A DNA stretch of 64,000 bases from positions 110,693 to 174,692 of the forward strand of contig CAWAEF010000003.1 in assembly GCA_963780985.1 (NCBI GenBank), read 5' to 3'. The position numbers and the translations under genes were made by a program. Below the pieces are notes generated by a model. The model searched no databases. It was not told the DNA's origin and saw only the letters and a list, made by a program, of their open reading frames with translations. This stretch comes from an uncultured Alphaproteobacteria bacterium. GTDB lineage: Bacteria > Pseudomonadota > Alphaproteobacteria > JAGOMX01. Shown one piece after another: positions 48,472-57,398 of the stretch; the stretch's first letter is position 1; every line of letters begins with the position of its first letter.

Positions 48472-50670
48472 ATGTTGAAGAGTTCGTATAGGTTGCTGTC
48501 TGCCGTAAGTCTGGCGGCTTTTGTGGGTGCGGAGGTAAGTTGGGCCTCGAGAGAGTCCCATGAGGATGAGGTGCCCGTGGTGGGACAGCTTGCGCTTTCT
48601 CTTCTCGAGTCCCCGCCTGCAAGTCCGAGATGGCCTTCTGTTACCAAGCGTCTGCGTGATGAAGAGTTTGGTGCTCTCAAGCGTCTCAGCTATGAAGAAG
48701 CTGTTGTAAAAGCATATCCCCGACTGCCGAGCAGTGATGTTTGTCGGCTGACAGAACAGCTCATGAGAGAGGTTGGCGAGCCTGATGCTGATCTGAACTT
48801 TTATATCCCCTTTGCCTTGGAAACTATAATTATGCATGAGTTACCCATTGGGCCTTATGTGAATGGTATCGGACAGGCTAAGAAGTACATCAAAAAAGGT
48901 CATTCCATCTATGATGCGGTTTTGCGAGTACAAACCAGATATGAAAGACGCAGACTGAAGAATGAGTATCGTTATCTTGAGGAGGCCGTCTTTAAAAAAA
49001 TGGCGGAGTTGCGTACGTCTACGCAAATGGATGAAAAAGCAGCGCTGTTGGCGGCTCTAGATCCGTTTCCCTTCCAACGAGAGAGTGAAGATGACTGGTC
49101 TGTATGGCCCCTTGTTACACCTGACCCAAATGACACAAGCACCGGAACTTTTCTTGCAAAAGCGATTCTGGAAGAAAAGAAGTCCGTGCTTACCGCGTTT
49201 GCGGAATTTTGCATCATGAAAGACATTGAATGGCTTGGGCTGCCGGAAGAAGAAGCAAAGAATATGTCCGCATATGCTCGTGAATTTCATCCATCACAAC
49301 CTTTTTTCGCTAAGGTGTTATGTACGTATCTCATGGATCAAGGCCTTTACCCATATCTCATAAAGCTCACCGTTGATGAGGTGATCAAAGAACATTCCGT
49401 CGCTGCCGTGTTGCATAAGCATAGACGAGAAGTTTTTCGTCGCCTCTGGCGGGGTCTCACGGACGCCCAAGTATCTCGTTTTTCAGAACTGGATGATGTC
49501 AAACACATGAATCCAAAAATCTGTTTCTTGTACTATATGGACAATGTCGATGACTACCGTAAGCGATTAGATTTGAGTACATTCCTGTTAAAGGAATTGA
49601 GGGCGGAACTAGCTAGTGAGGTTGTTAGTCATGTGTCCTCTAATCTCAAAAGGGGATATGCCCTAGAGGAATCCTTAAAACGAGCCCCCTTCTGTCATGG
49701 TTTTTTCACTGACAATTGTGACGAAATGCGAAAAAAATGGGACTTTACTGAGCATGGTTCCCAACATTCCTTTTTACGCTTGATGGAAGAGGCAGCTAAT
49801 CTTACCTATGACAAGCTGCGAGAGGACTATGAGAAGGGCGTCAATAGGACATTAGGCTTCCGCCTTGCGATAGAGAAAATTGGTCAATTCGCGCCGCCGC
49901 ATCCTTTAATCCAGGAAACACTGGTTCTTCGCAAGCTTTATTACGACGCAATTTATCGACGGATGATGGGAGAGGACCGCGGATGGATCACCGGTAGGGA
50001 CTGGATTGGCAACCAAGTGGAAAGTGATCGCCTTGTTTTTATTCAGAACGTGGCGAACAATAAAACAATGATTGCCAATAAATTTGCGGCACATATGACC
50101 CAGGTGCCTTATGAACAGGTAAAAAGAGGTATCGATGTGAATGCCCGCCTCGTCTGGTATAACTGCTTTGGCAGTGGGTTGGTTGGTGATTCTGAAGGGG
50201 CTGAGAGAGTGTTGACTGAATTGATGGTCGTTGAATTTGTCTTGTGGTTACAAACCATGACCGACCCCTACTCTACCGTCTTGAAATTAATCTCTAATGA
50301 TTTTAAGGAAGCCTTTACAGCCACATTTGGTTTTTGGTACCAGCACTTATATTCGACCGAAATAACCGGCATGGACATGTTAACTCCAGCCACCGTGGGA
50401 GCCTTCGGGGAAGGTATAGCAAAGCACATGCTTGAAAAGCGTGTTATGGGTTATAGCGAGGCAAGACGTGAGGTTTACAAGAATATGTTGGAGACCCGTT
50501 CGGAGCTGCAACAGGAGTACACTTATATGCCTTATGAGACCATTAAAGATTTGGCCATGACAAAGGTTCTTGGTATTAGTTCATGCTCTGATCCAACACC
50601 TGCAGGCTTTAACGCACAACTGGCGAAAGCAAAGGCGCTGTATCCGGCTCCGGCTGAGATGCCAAAGTAA
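48472..50670 (+). CDS. Secreted hypothetical protein (732 aa).
   Basis: Signal peptide LLSAVSLAAFVGAEVSWA. Long ORF with no recognisable catalytic motif. Confidence 0.65.
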   Translation: MLKSSYRLLSAVSLAAFVGAEVSWASRESHEDEVPVVGQLALSLLESPPASPRWPSVTKRLRDEEFGALKRLSYEEAVVKAYPRLPSSDVCRLTEQLMREVGEPDADLNFYIPFALETIIMHELPIGPYVNGIGQAKKYIKKGHSIYDAVLRVQTRYERRRLKNEYRYLEEAVFKKMAELRTSTQMDEKAALLAALDPFPFQRESEDDWSVWPLVTPDPNDTSTGTFLAKAILEEKKSVLTAFAEFCIMKDIEWLGLPEEEAKNMSAYAREFHPSQPFFAKVLCTYLMDQGLYPYLIKLTVDEVIKEHSVAAVLHKHRREVFRRLWRGLTDAQVSRFSELDDVKHMNPKICFLYYMDNVDDYRKRLDLSTFLLKELRAELASEVVSHVSSNLKRGYALEESLKRAPFCHGFFTDNCDEMRKKWDFTEHGSQHSFLRLMEEAANLTYDKLREDYEKGVNRTLGFRLAIEKIGQFAPPHPLIQETLVLRKLYYDAIYRRMMGEDRGWITGRDWIGNQVESDRLVFIQNVANNKTMIANKFAAHMTQVPYEQVKRGIDVNARLVWYNCFGSGLVGDSEGAERVLTELMVVEFVLWLQTMTDPYSTVLKLISNDFKEAFTATFGFWYQHLYSTEITGMDMLTPATVGAFGEGIAKHMLEKRVMGYSEARREVYKNMLETRSELQQEYTYMPYETIKDLAMTKVLGISSCSDPTPAGFNAQLAKAKALYPAPAEMPK

Positions 50671-50743
50671 GTGAAGCTAGCTGCTTATGTATAAAGAATG
50701 CTTGAGCTGAATGCCAGGCTGGACATACGTGAGTATTTGAGAG

Positions 50744-50826
50744 AAAAATGGTGAAGGCCCCTAGTTTTCTAGGGGCCTCAGCCATTCAGAGACTTGCATG
50801 AAAGAACCTTCACCATTTTTTCTTAT
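50744..50826. terminator. Bidirectional rho-independent terminator between convergent genes.
   Basis: aaaaatggtgaaggcccctagttttctaggggcct...gaaccttcaccatttttt. Nested hairpins are flanked by an A-run on one side and a T-run on the other. Confidence 0.55.
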
Positions 50827-50915
50827 AAATACTCAAGCGCTGGAGCAAACAAGGCGATAATAGCCGGTAGTTTGATTACGCCTAGCCCATCCGTTGTACT
50901 ATTATTACGCACAAC

Positions 50916-51617
50916 CTACAAAACATAATCCTGAAGCTTAGCTTGCAATTTTAGCAAGTCGTCATCGTGCTCTTTGATCCAGCTAAAGATCTTATGATGG
51001 CAGCCAGGCAAGGTGTATAGCTCCCTCCTGTCAGCTTTAAAAGCGTGTTCCATTATCAAAGGAATGACCTCTCCAGGAATGATCTCATCCTGATCACCCA
51101 TAATAATTAATAAATTTCCAGTGAAGGTTTTAAGCAAATCGAGGGCATCCGTATTACGCCAGCTTTCTGGTATTCTGATAGCTTCCGTGAAGCCGTCATC
51201 AAAACGAAGGTTATAGGCCTTTTTATCATAAAGAGCGGGACAAAAAAGTATGAGGGTTTCGACCTGGAAGTACTCCAGCATTTTGATGGCGATGTAACCA
51301 CCCATACTTGCCCCACAAACGATCAGTTTATCTGTTGCGGCAAAATCCTCAATCGCTTTGCGCGCCTCTTCACATCTCTTTTTCAAGCTGCTCTTCTTAA
51401 GGTCACCTGTGCTTTTGCCGTGCCCACTGAAATCCATGGCGAGCACATTTGTTCCATCATTCACAAGTGGAGGGATAACATCATATATTCTTTCCTTGTT
51501 TCCGGCGCCCCCGTGAAGAAATATAAAGTTGGGCGGAGCATCTTGTCCATCCTTGGAAAGAATGGCCCCATCGATGATATCTTCATTCACTTTAAACGAA
51601 ATGGGTTTTATGAACAT
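50916..51617 (-). CDS. Alpha/beta-hydrolase fold protein.
   Basis: FIFLHGGAGN and the nucleophile elbow GASMGG, 233 aa. Confidence 0.7.
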   Translation of the reverse strand: MFIKPISFKVNEDIIDGAILSKDGQDAPPNFIFLHGGAGNKERIYDVIPPLVNDGTNVLAMDFSGHGKSTGDLKKSSLKKRCEEARKAIEDFAATDKLIVCGASMGGYIAIKMLEYFQVETLILFCPALYDKKAYNLRFDDGFTEAIRIPESWRNTDALDLLKTFTGNLLIIMGDQDEIIPGEVIPLIMEHAFKADRRELYTLPGCHHKIFSWIKEHDDDLLKLQAKLQDYVL

Positions 51618-51730
51618 AGCTCGTTGTATTCCTATATAGATGGTCCACTTCTCAGTATCTCTGATTATGCAAAATATGCTAGCTGACCACTAGAGAGAAA
51701 CCCACCACGGACCAGCTAGCTTTGCATGAT

Positions 51731-52570
51731 TTATTCTTTAATCAACCCAGACTTGATCAGGGCCGCAAGAAATTCTTCACGGCTCATATCGGGACGGACG
51801 GTTAATGGCGCCTTGATGGTCATACCGTTAAAGGAACCTGCGCCCAAAGTAACGACTATTGCACCGCTGAGGTTGCCGACGGATACTCTATCAGGCGTAT
51901 GTCTTGCCTCTAGGCCATTATCTAATATAAAGGATTCGGTCCAGTTACTTTTTTCGCTGTTCTGTTTAGGCACTTCGTTAGAAGCTTGTGAAGATTGTCT
52001 CGGCTCATCCTCACGATGACTCTCCTCACCAAATGCTTCCCTTTCCCAAGCAAGCGCTGCGTGTATTCTGCCTGGTACAACATAGGTGTCTTGAAATGTG
52101 CTCCACCGAGGGTCAAGGTTAGAATCCATATTTACAGCCTCACATTCAAAATCAGAAGAATCCTCTTCCTCAATAGGGGCAGGAGCAGAAACAGGTTCAG
52201 TCGCAGGTGCGGGTGCGGCGGTTCTCGGACTTATTTCAGAAAAATCAAGGCATTCAACTTCTATACGTACATGTTCATTTTTGCCAGTGATCTTAAGCTG
52301 ATTATCTGTTTTCTTCACTGCCGCAGGTGCGGCAGCCGCTCTTGCCCTTGGAGCAGTGTTTCTGATTTTTGCCCCAGTATCATTCATGATCAAAACCACT
52401 TCTTCATCACCTTCTTCGTCATTCACGGTCTGATTGGAACCCGTCTTTGGGGTAACTTCTGTCCAATACTCCGCATCATCTCCAGCCCTTGACGCAGACA
52501 CCTGATCAACAGAAATCGCAGATAGCGTGCCTAAGGCCATACTTGATACAATCGTAATGTTCTTTATCAT
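51731..52570 (-). CDS. Secreted Ala/Pro-rich hypothetical protein.
   Basis: Signal peptide and low-complexity APAPATEPVSAPAP segment, 279 aa. Confidence 0.5.
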   Translation of the reverse strand: MIKNITIVSSMALGTLSAISVDQVSASRAGDDAEYWTEVTPKTGSNQTVNDEEGDEEVVLIMNDTGAKIRNTAPRARAAAAPAAVKKTDNQLKITGKNEHVRIEVECLDFSEISPRTAAPAPATEPVSAPAPIEEEDSSDFECEAVNMDSNLDPRWSTFQDTYVVPGRIHAALAWEREAFGEESHREDEPRQSSQASNEVPKQNSEKSNWTESFILDNGLEARHTPDRVSVGNLSGAIVVTLGAGSFNGMTIKAPLTVRPDMSREEFLAALIKSGLIKE

Positions 52571-52626
52571 TCTATTTTCCTTTTACGTTATGATGTTTGA
52601 ACTTATCTTTTATGCAACTATTCCGC

Positions 52627-52645
52627 ATCCGTAAAAACTACGGAT
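52627..52645. promoter_or_regulatory. 19-bp perfect palindromic box ATCCGTAAAAACTACGGAT (distal copy upstream of 52784).
   Basis: Identical, including the ccgc flank, to the copy at 47462. 139 nt upstream of the start. Confidence 0.55.
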
Positions 52646-52706
52646 CAACCCTGCACTGTCAGCAAACCCGCATGCGTACTAATTCCATCGAATTATCCTA
52701 AAATTT

Positions 52707-52725
52707 ATCAGTATTTTTTACGGAT
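52707..52725. promoter_or_regulatory. Palindromic box ATCAGTATTTTTTACGGAT (proximal copy upstream of 52784).
   Basis: Same extended motif cctaaaatttATCAGTATTTTTTACGGAT as at 48392. 59 nt upstream of the start. Confidence 0.5.
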
Positions 52726-52783
52726 TCATCAGGCCCGGCTAACTGCTAAGTTCATATGCAAACAACGTATAAGGAGAATATTC

Positions 52784-54226
52784 ATGGTAAAGAATTCACA
52801 TAAATTTTTGTCCATCGCATGCCTGGCTTTGGGCCTTTTCGGTGAGGTCCAAGCAACGGATGAATTTCCTTACCTCGTCGCCGGGGGACGTGGGTCACCG
52901 TTCTCTCCGCCGCATTTTAGTGACAGGGATGATGTGATTTCTTTTCTGGATGATCATCTGGACATCAAGGGAATAGGACTGGTTGACCATACGTGTTTCC
53001 CAAAGATGTCTCTGACATTTTTGAACAATTACCCCCATATCAAAACGCTCGTGCTGAATGGAGTTGTGGCAAATCCGGCGGAGTTTGAACTGCATACTTT
53101 GCAGTACATAACGGTTTTTCATAACGGATTGCGCCCGCGGGATGGCCATCGCCATGATCCTATCTGGCAGGGCTTTGGTAACGTGCCAAACCTGGAGAAA
53201 CTGGACACAACACTGGAACACTTTCCATACCTGGGGGAAATGCCTTTCTTGCAGAAACTGCGACTGACTGAGCAAGATACCCATCTGTATGCACCATACA
53301 ATATTCAAAATATCGGTCGCTATAACTTGAGGGAGCTTAGCATTCATGCGGGTCACCTCACAGATATCTCCCCTTTGGGCCAGCTTACTGGGCTTGAGAG
53401 CTTATGGATCTATGGATTCCAGATAACGTCTGAGGGATTTGAATTCCTGCATCAGCTTCGAGCGTTAAAGCTGCTTGAAATTCAAGACAGCCGGCACATG
53501 GATTTATCCATCCTTAAAGGCCACCCCGCTATGGAAACTCTAGTTCTGGACATGGACCCATACTACAAGGAGACCGCTTGCCCGCAAATTTTTGAAACCT
53601 TACCTAGCCTCAAATCACTGACGTTACGGTGGAATTCTTTAAAAGACATCTCCGCTCTATCTGCATGCAAAAAGCTTGAGGTATTAGTACTATACCGCAC
53701 AAAAATCTCATCCCTAGAAGCCCTGCGGGGACTGCCGATCAGACACCTGGATATAAGTCTTTGCAATGTAAAGGATTTATCACCTATATCTGACATGAAA
53801 AGCCTAGAACTTCTAGATATTGTGTGCAACTACCCACACCATTGGGACGGGCTAAAGGCACACCCCTCATTGAGAAGAATCAAAGCGGCTAAGGGTGATT
53901 TGATAAATCCAACTAAAATTGCGGGGAGCGATTATGGCGAAAATGTAACATGGGATTCAAAATACTTTCTAACAGCTGAAAGTAAAAAGTTCATAGAAGA
54001 GTATGATACGAACATCCCCAATATACCGGAAGGCTATCCCCTTGAGGTTCTGAAAACGGTTCCCCATCTAGAAATGATCGTCACAACGTCCCAGGAGATC
54101 ACACCGACTCTTCTTGAAAACTTTAGACAAGCCCGACCGGATGTGGCCGTTGTCGAATGCGGTCCATGGCAGACGGTAGATATTGACTCTATCAGAAAAT
54201 ATGAGGCTGCTGAGGCGAAGAAGTAG
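52784..54226 (+). CDS. Secreted leucine-rich-repeat protein.
   Basis: Signal peptide. LRR units such as LKSLTLRWNSLKDISALSACKKLEVLVLYRTKISSLEAL and LDISLCNVKDLSPISDMKSLELLDI. 480 aa. Confidence 0.7.
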   Translation: MVKNSHKFLSIACLALGLFGEVQATDEFPYLVAGGRGSPFSPPHFSDRDDVISFLDDHLDIKGIGLVDHTCFPKMSLTFLNNYPHIKTLVLNGVVANPAEFELHTLQYITVFHNGLRPRDGHRHDPIWQGFGNVPNLEKLDTTLEHFPYLGEMPFLQKLRLTEQDTHLYAPYNIQNIGRYNLRELSIHAGHLTDISPLGQLTGLESLWIYGFQITSEGFEFLHQLRALKLLEIQDSRHMDLSILKGHPAMETLVLDMDPYYKETACPQIFETLPSLKSLTLRWNSLKDISALSACKKLEVLVLYRTKISSLEALRGLPIRHLDISLCNVKDLSPISDMKSLELLDIVCNYPHHWDGLKAHPSLRRIKAAKGDLINPTKIAGSDYGENVTWDSKYFLTAESKKFIEEYDTNIPNIPEGYPLEVLKTVPHLEMIVTTSQEITPTLLENFRQARPDVAVVECGPWQTVDIDSIRKYEAAEAKK

Positions 54227-54422
54227 AAAAATTGATGACTCAGGTGGGCCGTACCCATCTGAGTCTGTTTAGATAGGATTGCCATATTTAGTGGGTGTTC
54301 ACGATAATTTAAATTAATGCCTTGCCCAATAATCTCAAAAATGACGAACTTTTAGAACATTGAAGCATTACTCCATCTCCTCAAAAGGTACGTCCGTAGA
54401 CAAGCCACACTTAAAATAAGTT

Positions 54423-54441
54423 ATCCGTATTTTTTACGGAT
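54423..54441. promoter_or_regulatory. 19-bp perfect palindromic box ATCCGTATTTTTTACGGAT.
   Basis: Perfect 7+5+7 inverted repeat 58 nt upstream of the 54499 start. Confidence 0.55.
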
Positions 54442-54498
54442 GTGCCTATTTTTGTCACGTGGTAGAACCAGCTAGATTGTAAATTAGATTACCCTTTA

Positions 54499-55803
54499 AT
54501 GGAGTATACGACAATGTTGAAAATAGTACTTAAATTCGCATCCGCACTGAGCTTGTCTTTGTGCTTAAGTATGGGGGCAACGTGGGCATCCGATGAGGAG
54601 AGTAGTGAAGAGCGTATTAGCGAGCCTGCAGCTCAGAAGTCTTGGTCGGATTATAAACGAGAAGACGCAGCTTATTGGGAAAATCGAAGAATACGGGAGC
54701 AGGCAGAGCTAGAGGAATCAAGAAAACCGCCCGTTTTCTTCCGGCGCGTGGTGCTGGAATCCTATCCACACCTACAGGAGGTGGATATTACCCGGATAAT
54801 TGGGTTACTCACTAAGCTTTTAAATCGCAAAGAGCCTGGAGGTATTGTTCATAAAATACCTGAGTCTGGCCATATAGGACACTGGGATGATCACATGGAA
54901 GATGTAATATCTAAGATGTTTGTGAAACAGCTTTGTACGCCTGATAAGTATAATCAATGGAATCATGAATTCATCTGCCGTGACTGCCCGGGTGAAAAAG
55001 CAATGGAATGGTTGAAACAAGGGCATTCCCTAGAACAAGCGGCAAACATGGCCAGCGCCATGAAAGATCAGAGTATTAGCAAGCCTGCAGCTCAGCCTTC
55101 TTCTGGGTCAGCTCATAAACGAGAAGACGATGATTATTGGAAAAAACGAAAAATACAGGAGCAGGCAGAGCTAGAGGAATCAAGAAAACCGCCCGTTTTC
55201 TTCCGGCGCGTGGTGCTGGAATCCTATCCACACCTACAGGAGGTGGATATTACCCGGATAATTGGGATACTCACTGAGCTGTTAAATCGCAAAGTAGAGC
55301 CTAGAGGTACTGTTTATTTCATAGCTAAATCTGGCAGTACAGGACACTGGGACGAAGACATGAAAGGCTTAATATGTGACATATTTGTGAAACAACTTTG
55401 TACGCCAGAGAGATACAATCAATATAATCATGTCACTATCTGCCGTGACTGCCCGGGTATTAAAGCAATGGAATGGTTAAACAAGGGGTATTCCCTAGAA
55501 CAATCGGCAAATATAGCCCGGATCTGGCAGGATCTTCGAATAAGGTTCCCAAAGCTGGAAGATATTGTCACAACATTATGGGCAACGCTATCTGAGCAAA
55601 ACAAGAGTTTGGGAGAAGGTCCTGCGCTTTTGAAAGCGCTCAGCGAAAGCTCTTGGGTAAGGAATCATCAATTGCACCCTGTAGTTAAGCAGCCCGATTT
55701 TAATGATCCTGTAATCGGAAATTATTTCCTCAACAAAATTTTTATTAATGGAAGCTCATATGGCGACGCTTTTCGTGCATACAAAAATGAGATGAATTTT
55801 TAA
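54499..55803 (+). CDS. Secreted protein built from an internal tandem duplication of a ~154-aa Cys-containing unit.
   Basis: Signal peptide. Two units share ...AELEESRKPPVFFRRVVLESYPHLQEVDITRIIG...FVKQLCTP..ICRDCPG.KAMEWL. A ~108-bp tract (54696-54804 and 55157-55266) is 100% identical at the DNA level. Confidence 0.7.
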   Translation: MEYTTMLKIVLKFASALSLSLCLSMGATWASDEESSEERISEPAAQKSWSDYKREDAAYWENRRIREQAELEESRKPPVFFRRVVLESYPHLQEVDITRIIGLLTKLLNRKEPGGIVHKIPESGHIGHWDDHMEDVISKMFVKQLCTPDKYNQWNHEFICRDCPGEKAMEWLKQGHSLEQAANMASAMKDQSISKPAAQPSSGSAHKREDDDYWKKRKIQEQAELEESRKPPVFFRRVVLESYPHLQEVDITRIIGILTELLNRKVEPRGTVYFIAKSGSTGHWDEDMKGLICDIFVKQLCTPERYNQYNHVTICRDCPGIKAMEWLNKGYSLEQSANIARIWQDLRIRFPKLEDIVTTLWATLSEQNKSLGEGPALLKALSESSWVRNHQLHPVVKQPDFNDPVIGNYFLNKIFINGSSYGDAFRAYKNEMNF

Positions 55804-55877
55804 ACGTTCCAAGAGAAAGAAACTAGCGGCTCATATGCAAAACGGGTGGGTCAGATACAACCTTCTCTCCCCCGCAG

Positions 55878-55926
55878 CCGTCATGGTGAACGGACGACCG
55901 GGAAGCGGGAGGTAGGGAAGGATGAC
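55878..55926. repeat. Short remnant related to the MITE family A termini.
   Basis: cgtcatggtgaacggacgaccgggaagcgggaggtagggaaggatgacg carries the cgtcat...atgacg termini and the gaacggacgacc core of family A. Confidence 0.35.
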
Positions 55927-56122
55927 GTATGTCGGGGCAGAGATTCCATCCAACCCACCAGTTTTGCATAAGAGTCTATATTGTATCGTCTGTCTTTAAC
56001 TCGTTGTACAGAATCATAAAACCCCTCCAACCTGCATTTAGTTTAAATTTATCTTAGATTTTATTAAAAAAGTAATATAATGGTAGCTTAGGGGTCCTTT
56101 GAAGGAAGCTATAAGTTAATCA

Positions 56123-57397
56123 ATGAAAACGATAACACATATTTTATCGCAGACTGTATCTGTTACTGAAACGGTGATGATGCATATTACATCTGTCTTT
56201 CATAAGGTTAGCGAGGCCTCTATGTTTGATTCTGCGCGACATAAAATAGGCGCCAAGAGGCTACGCTATTTACTTATGTTGGTTGCTCTTACGCTTTTAC
56301 TCTATATCCTATATTCATTGTTTTTCGCCAATAACCACAAAAAGGTGGTGACGCCCCCTGCCCTGGTAACCGTTAGCACGGTGAGAAAAGGTGACATTCC
56401 GCTTTACGAAAGCACCATCGGCACGGTCACGCCTTTGGGCAGTGTGACGGTGAAAACGCAGATTAATGGACGACTTACCCATGTATATTTTACCGAGGGT
56501 AAGATCGTTAAAAAAGGTGAGTTATTAGCCCAAATAGACCCTCAACCGTACGAGGCACAACTACTCCAGTACCAGGGGCAACTCATCAGGGATCAGGCAC
56601 TCTTGGATAACGCGCGACTGGACTTGATCCGATATGAGAAATTGATTAAAGAAGACTCCATTTCTAAACAGATCTATGACACACAAAAATCATTAGTCGT
56701 GCAATACGAGGGGGCCGTCAAAACCGATGTAGGATTAATTCAGTCCGCCAAGGTCAATATCCAGTACTGTCGGATCGTGTCCGACATCGATGGAATGATT
56801 GGTCTGCGGCTGGTTAATCCGGGCAACTTTGTGCAAACGACGGACACAACCCCTATCACTACGATTAACACAATCAGCCCCATTACTGTGATATTTCCAA
56901 TCTCAGAAGACCGTTTACCTCTGGTTCATGCCCAATTCATGAAAACGGACAGTCTCCCCGTGGATGCCTTTGATAAGCGGGGAGAGACACTACTGGCATC
57001 GGGAGCTCTTGCGGCCATTGACAGTCAGATCAGTACCACCACAGGTACTATCAACTTACGGGCCTCCTTTACGAATGAAGACATGAAGCTCTTTCCCAAT
57101 CAATTTGTCAATGTGAGACTAAAGGTGGATACGCTGAAGGATTCCCTCATTATTCCCAATGCTGCCATACAAATGGGAAGCAAGGGCGGTTACGTATATG
57201 TGGTAAATAACGAGGATAAATCCGTTACATCTAAACAGGTTATAGTCAAAACAACCGTTGGTTTGGATGCGGCCGTTACGGGGGAGCTAGCCGAGGGCCA
57301 AACTATTGTGGTACAGGGGCAAGACAAGCTGAAAGATGGAGCAATCATTACGACCACAACCACTCAAGTGACGCCACCGTCAGGGGGTCCTAAATAA
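56123..57397 (+). CDS. mdtA: RND efflux periplasmic adaptor (membrane fusion protein).
   Basis: N-terminal TM, then coiled-coil, lipoyl and beta-barrel segments typical of the HlyD/AcrA family. First gene of an operon with two RND pumps. Confidence 0.8.
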   Translation: MKTITHILSQTVSVTETVMMHITSVFHKVSEASMFDSARHKIGAKRLRYLLMLVALTLLLYILYSLFFANNHKKVVTPPALVTVSTVRKGDIPLYESTIGTVTPLGSVTVKTQINGRLTHVYFTEGKIVKKGELLAQIDPQPYEAQLLQYQGQLIRDQALLDNARLDLIRYEKLIKEDSISKQIYDTQKSLVVQYEGAVKTDVGLIQSAKVNIQYCRIVSDIDGMIGLRLVNPGNFVQTTDTTPITTINTISPITVIFPISEDRLPLVHAQFMKTDSLPVDAFDKRGETLLASGALAAIDSQISTTTGTINLRASFTNEDMKLFPNQFVNVRLKVDTLKDSLIIPNAAIQMGSKGGYVYVVNNEDKSVTSKQVIVKTTVGLDAAVTGELAEGQTIVVQGQDKLKDGAIITTTTTQVTPPSGGPK

Positions 57398-57398
57398 G

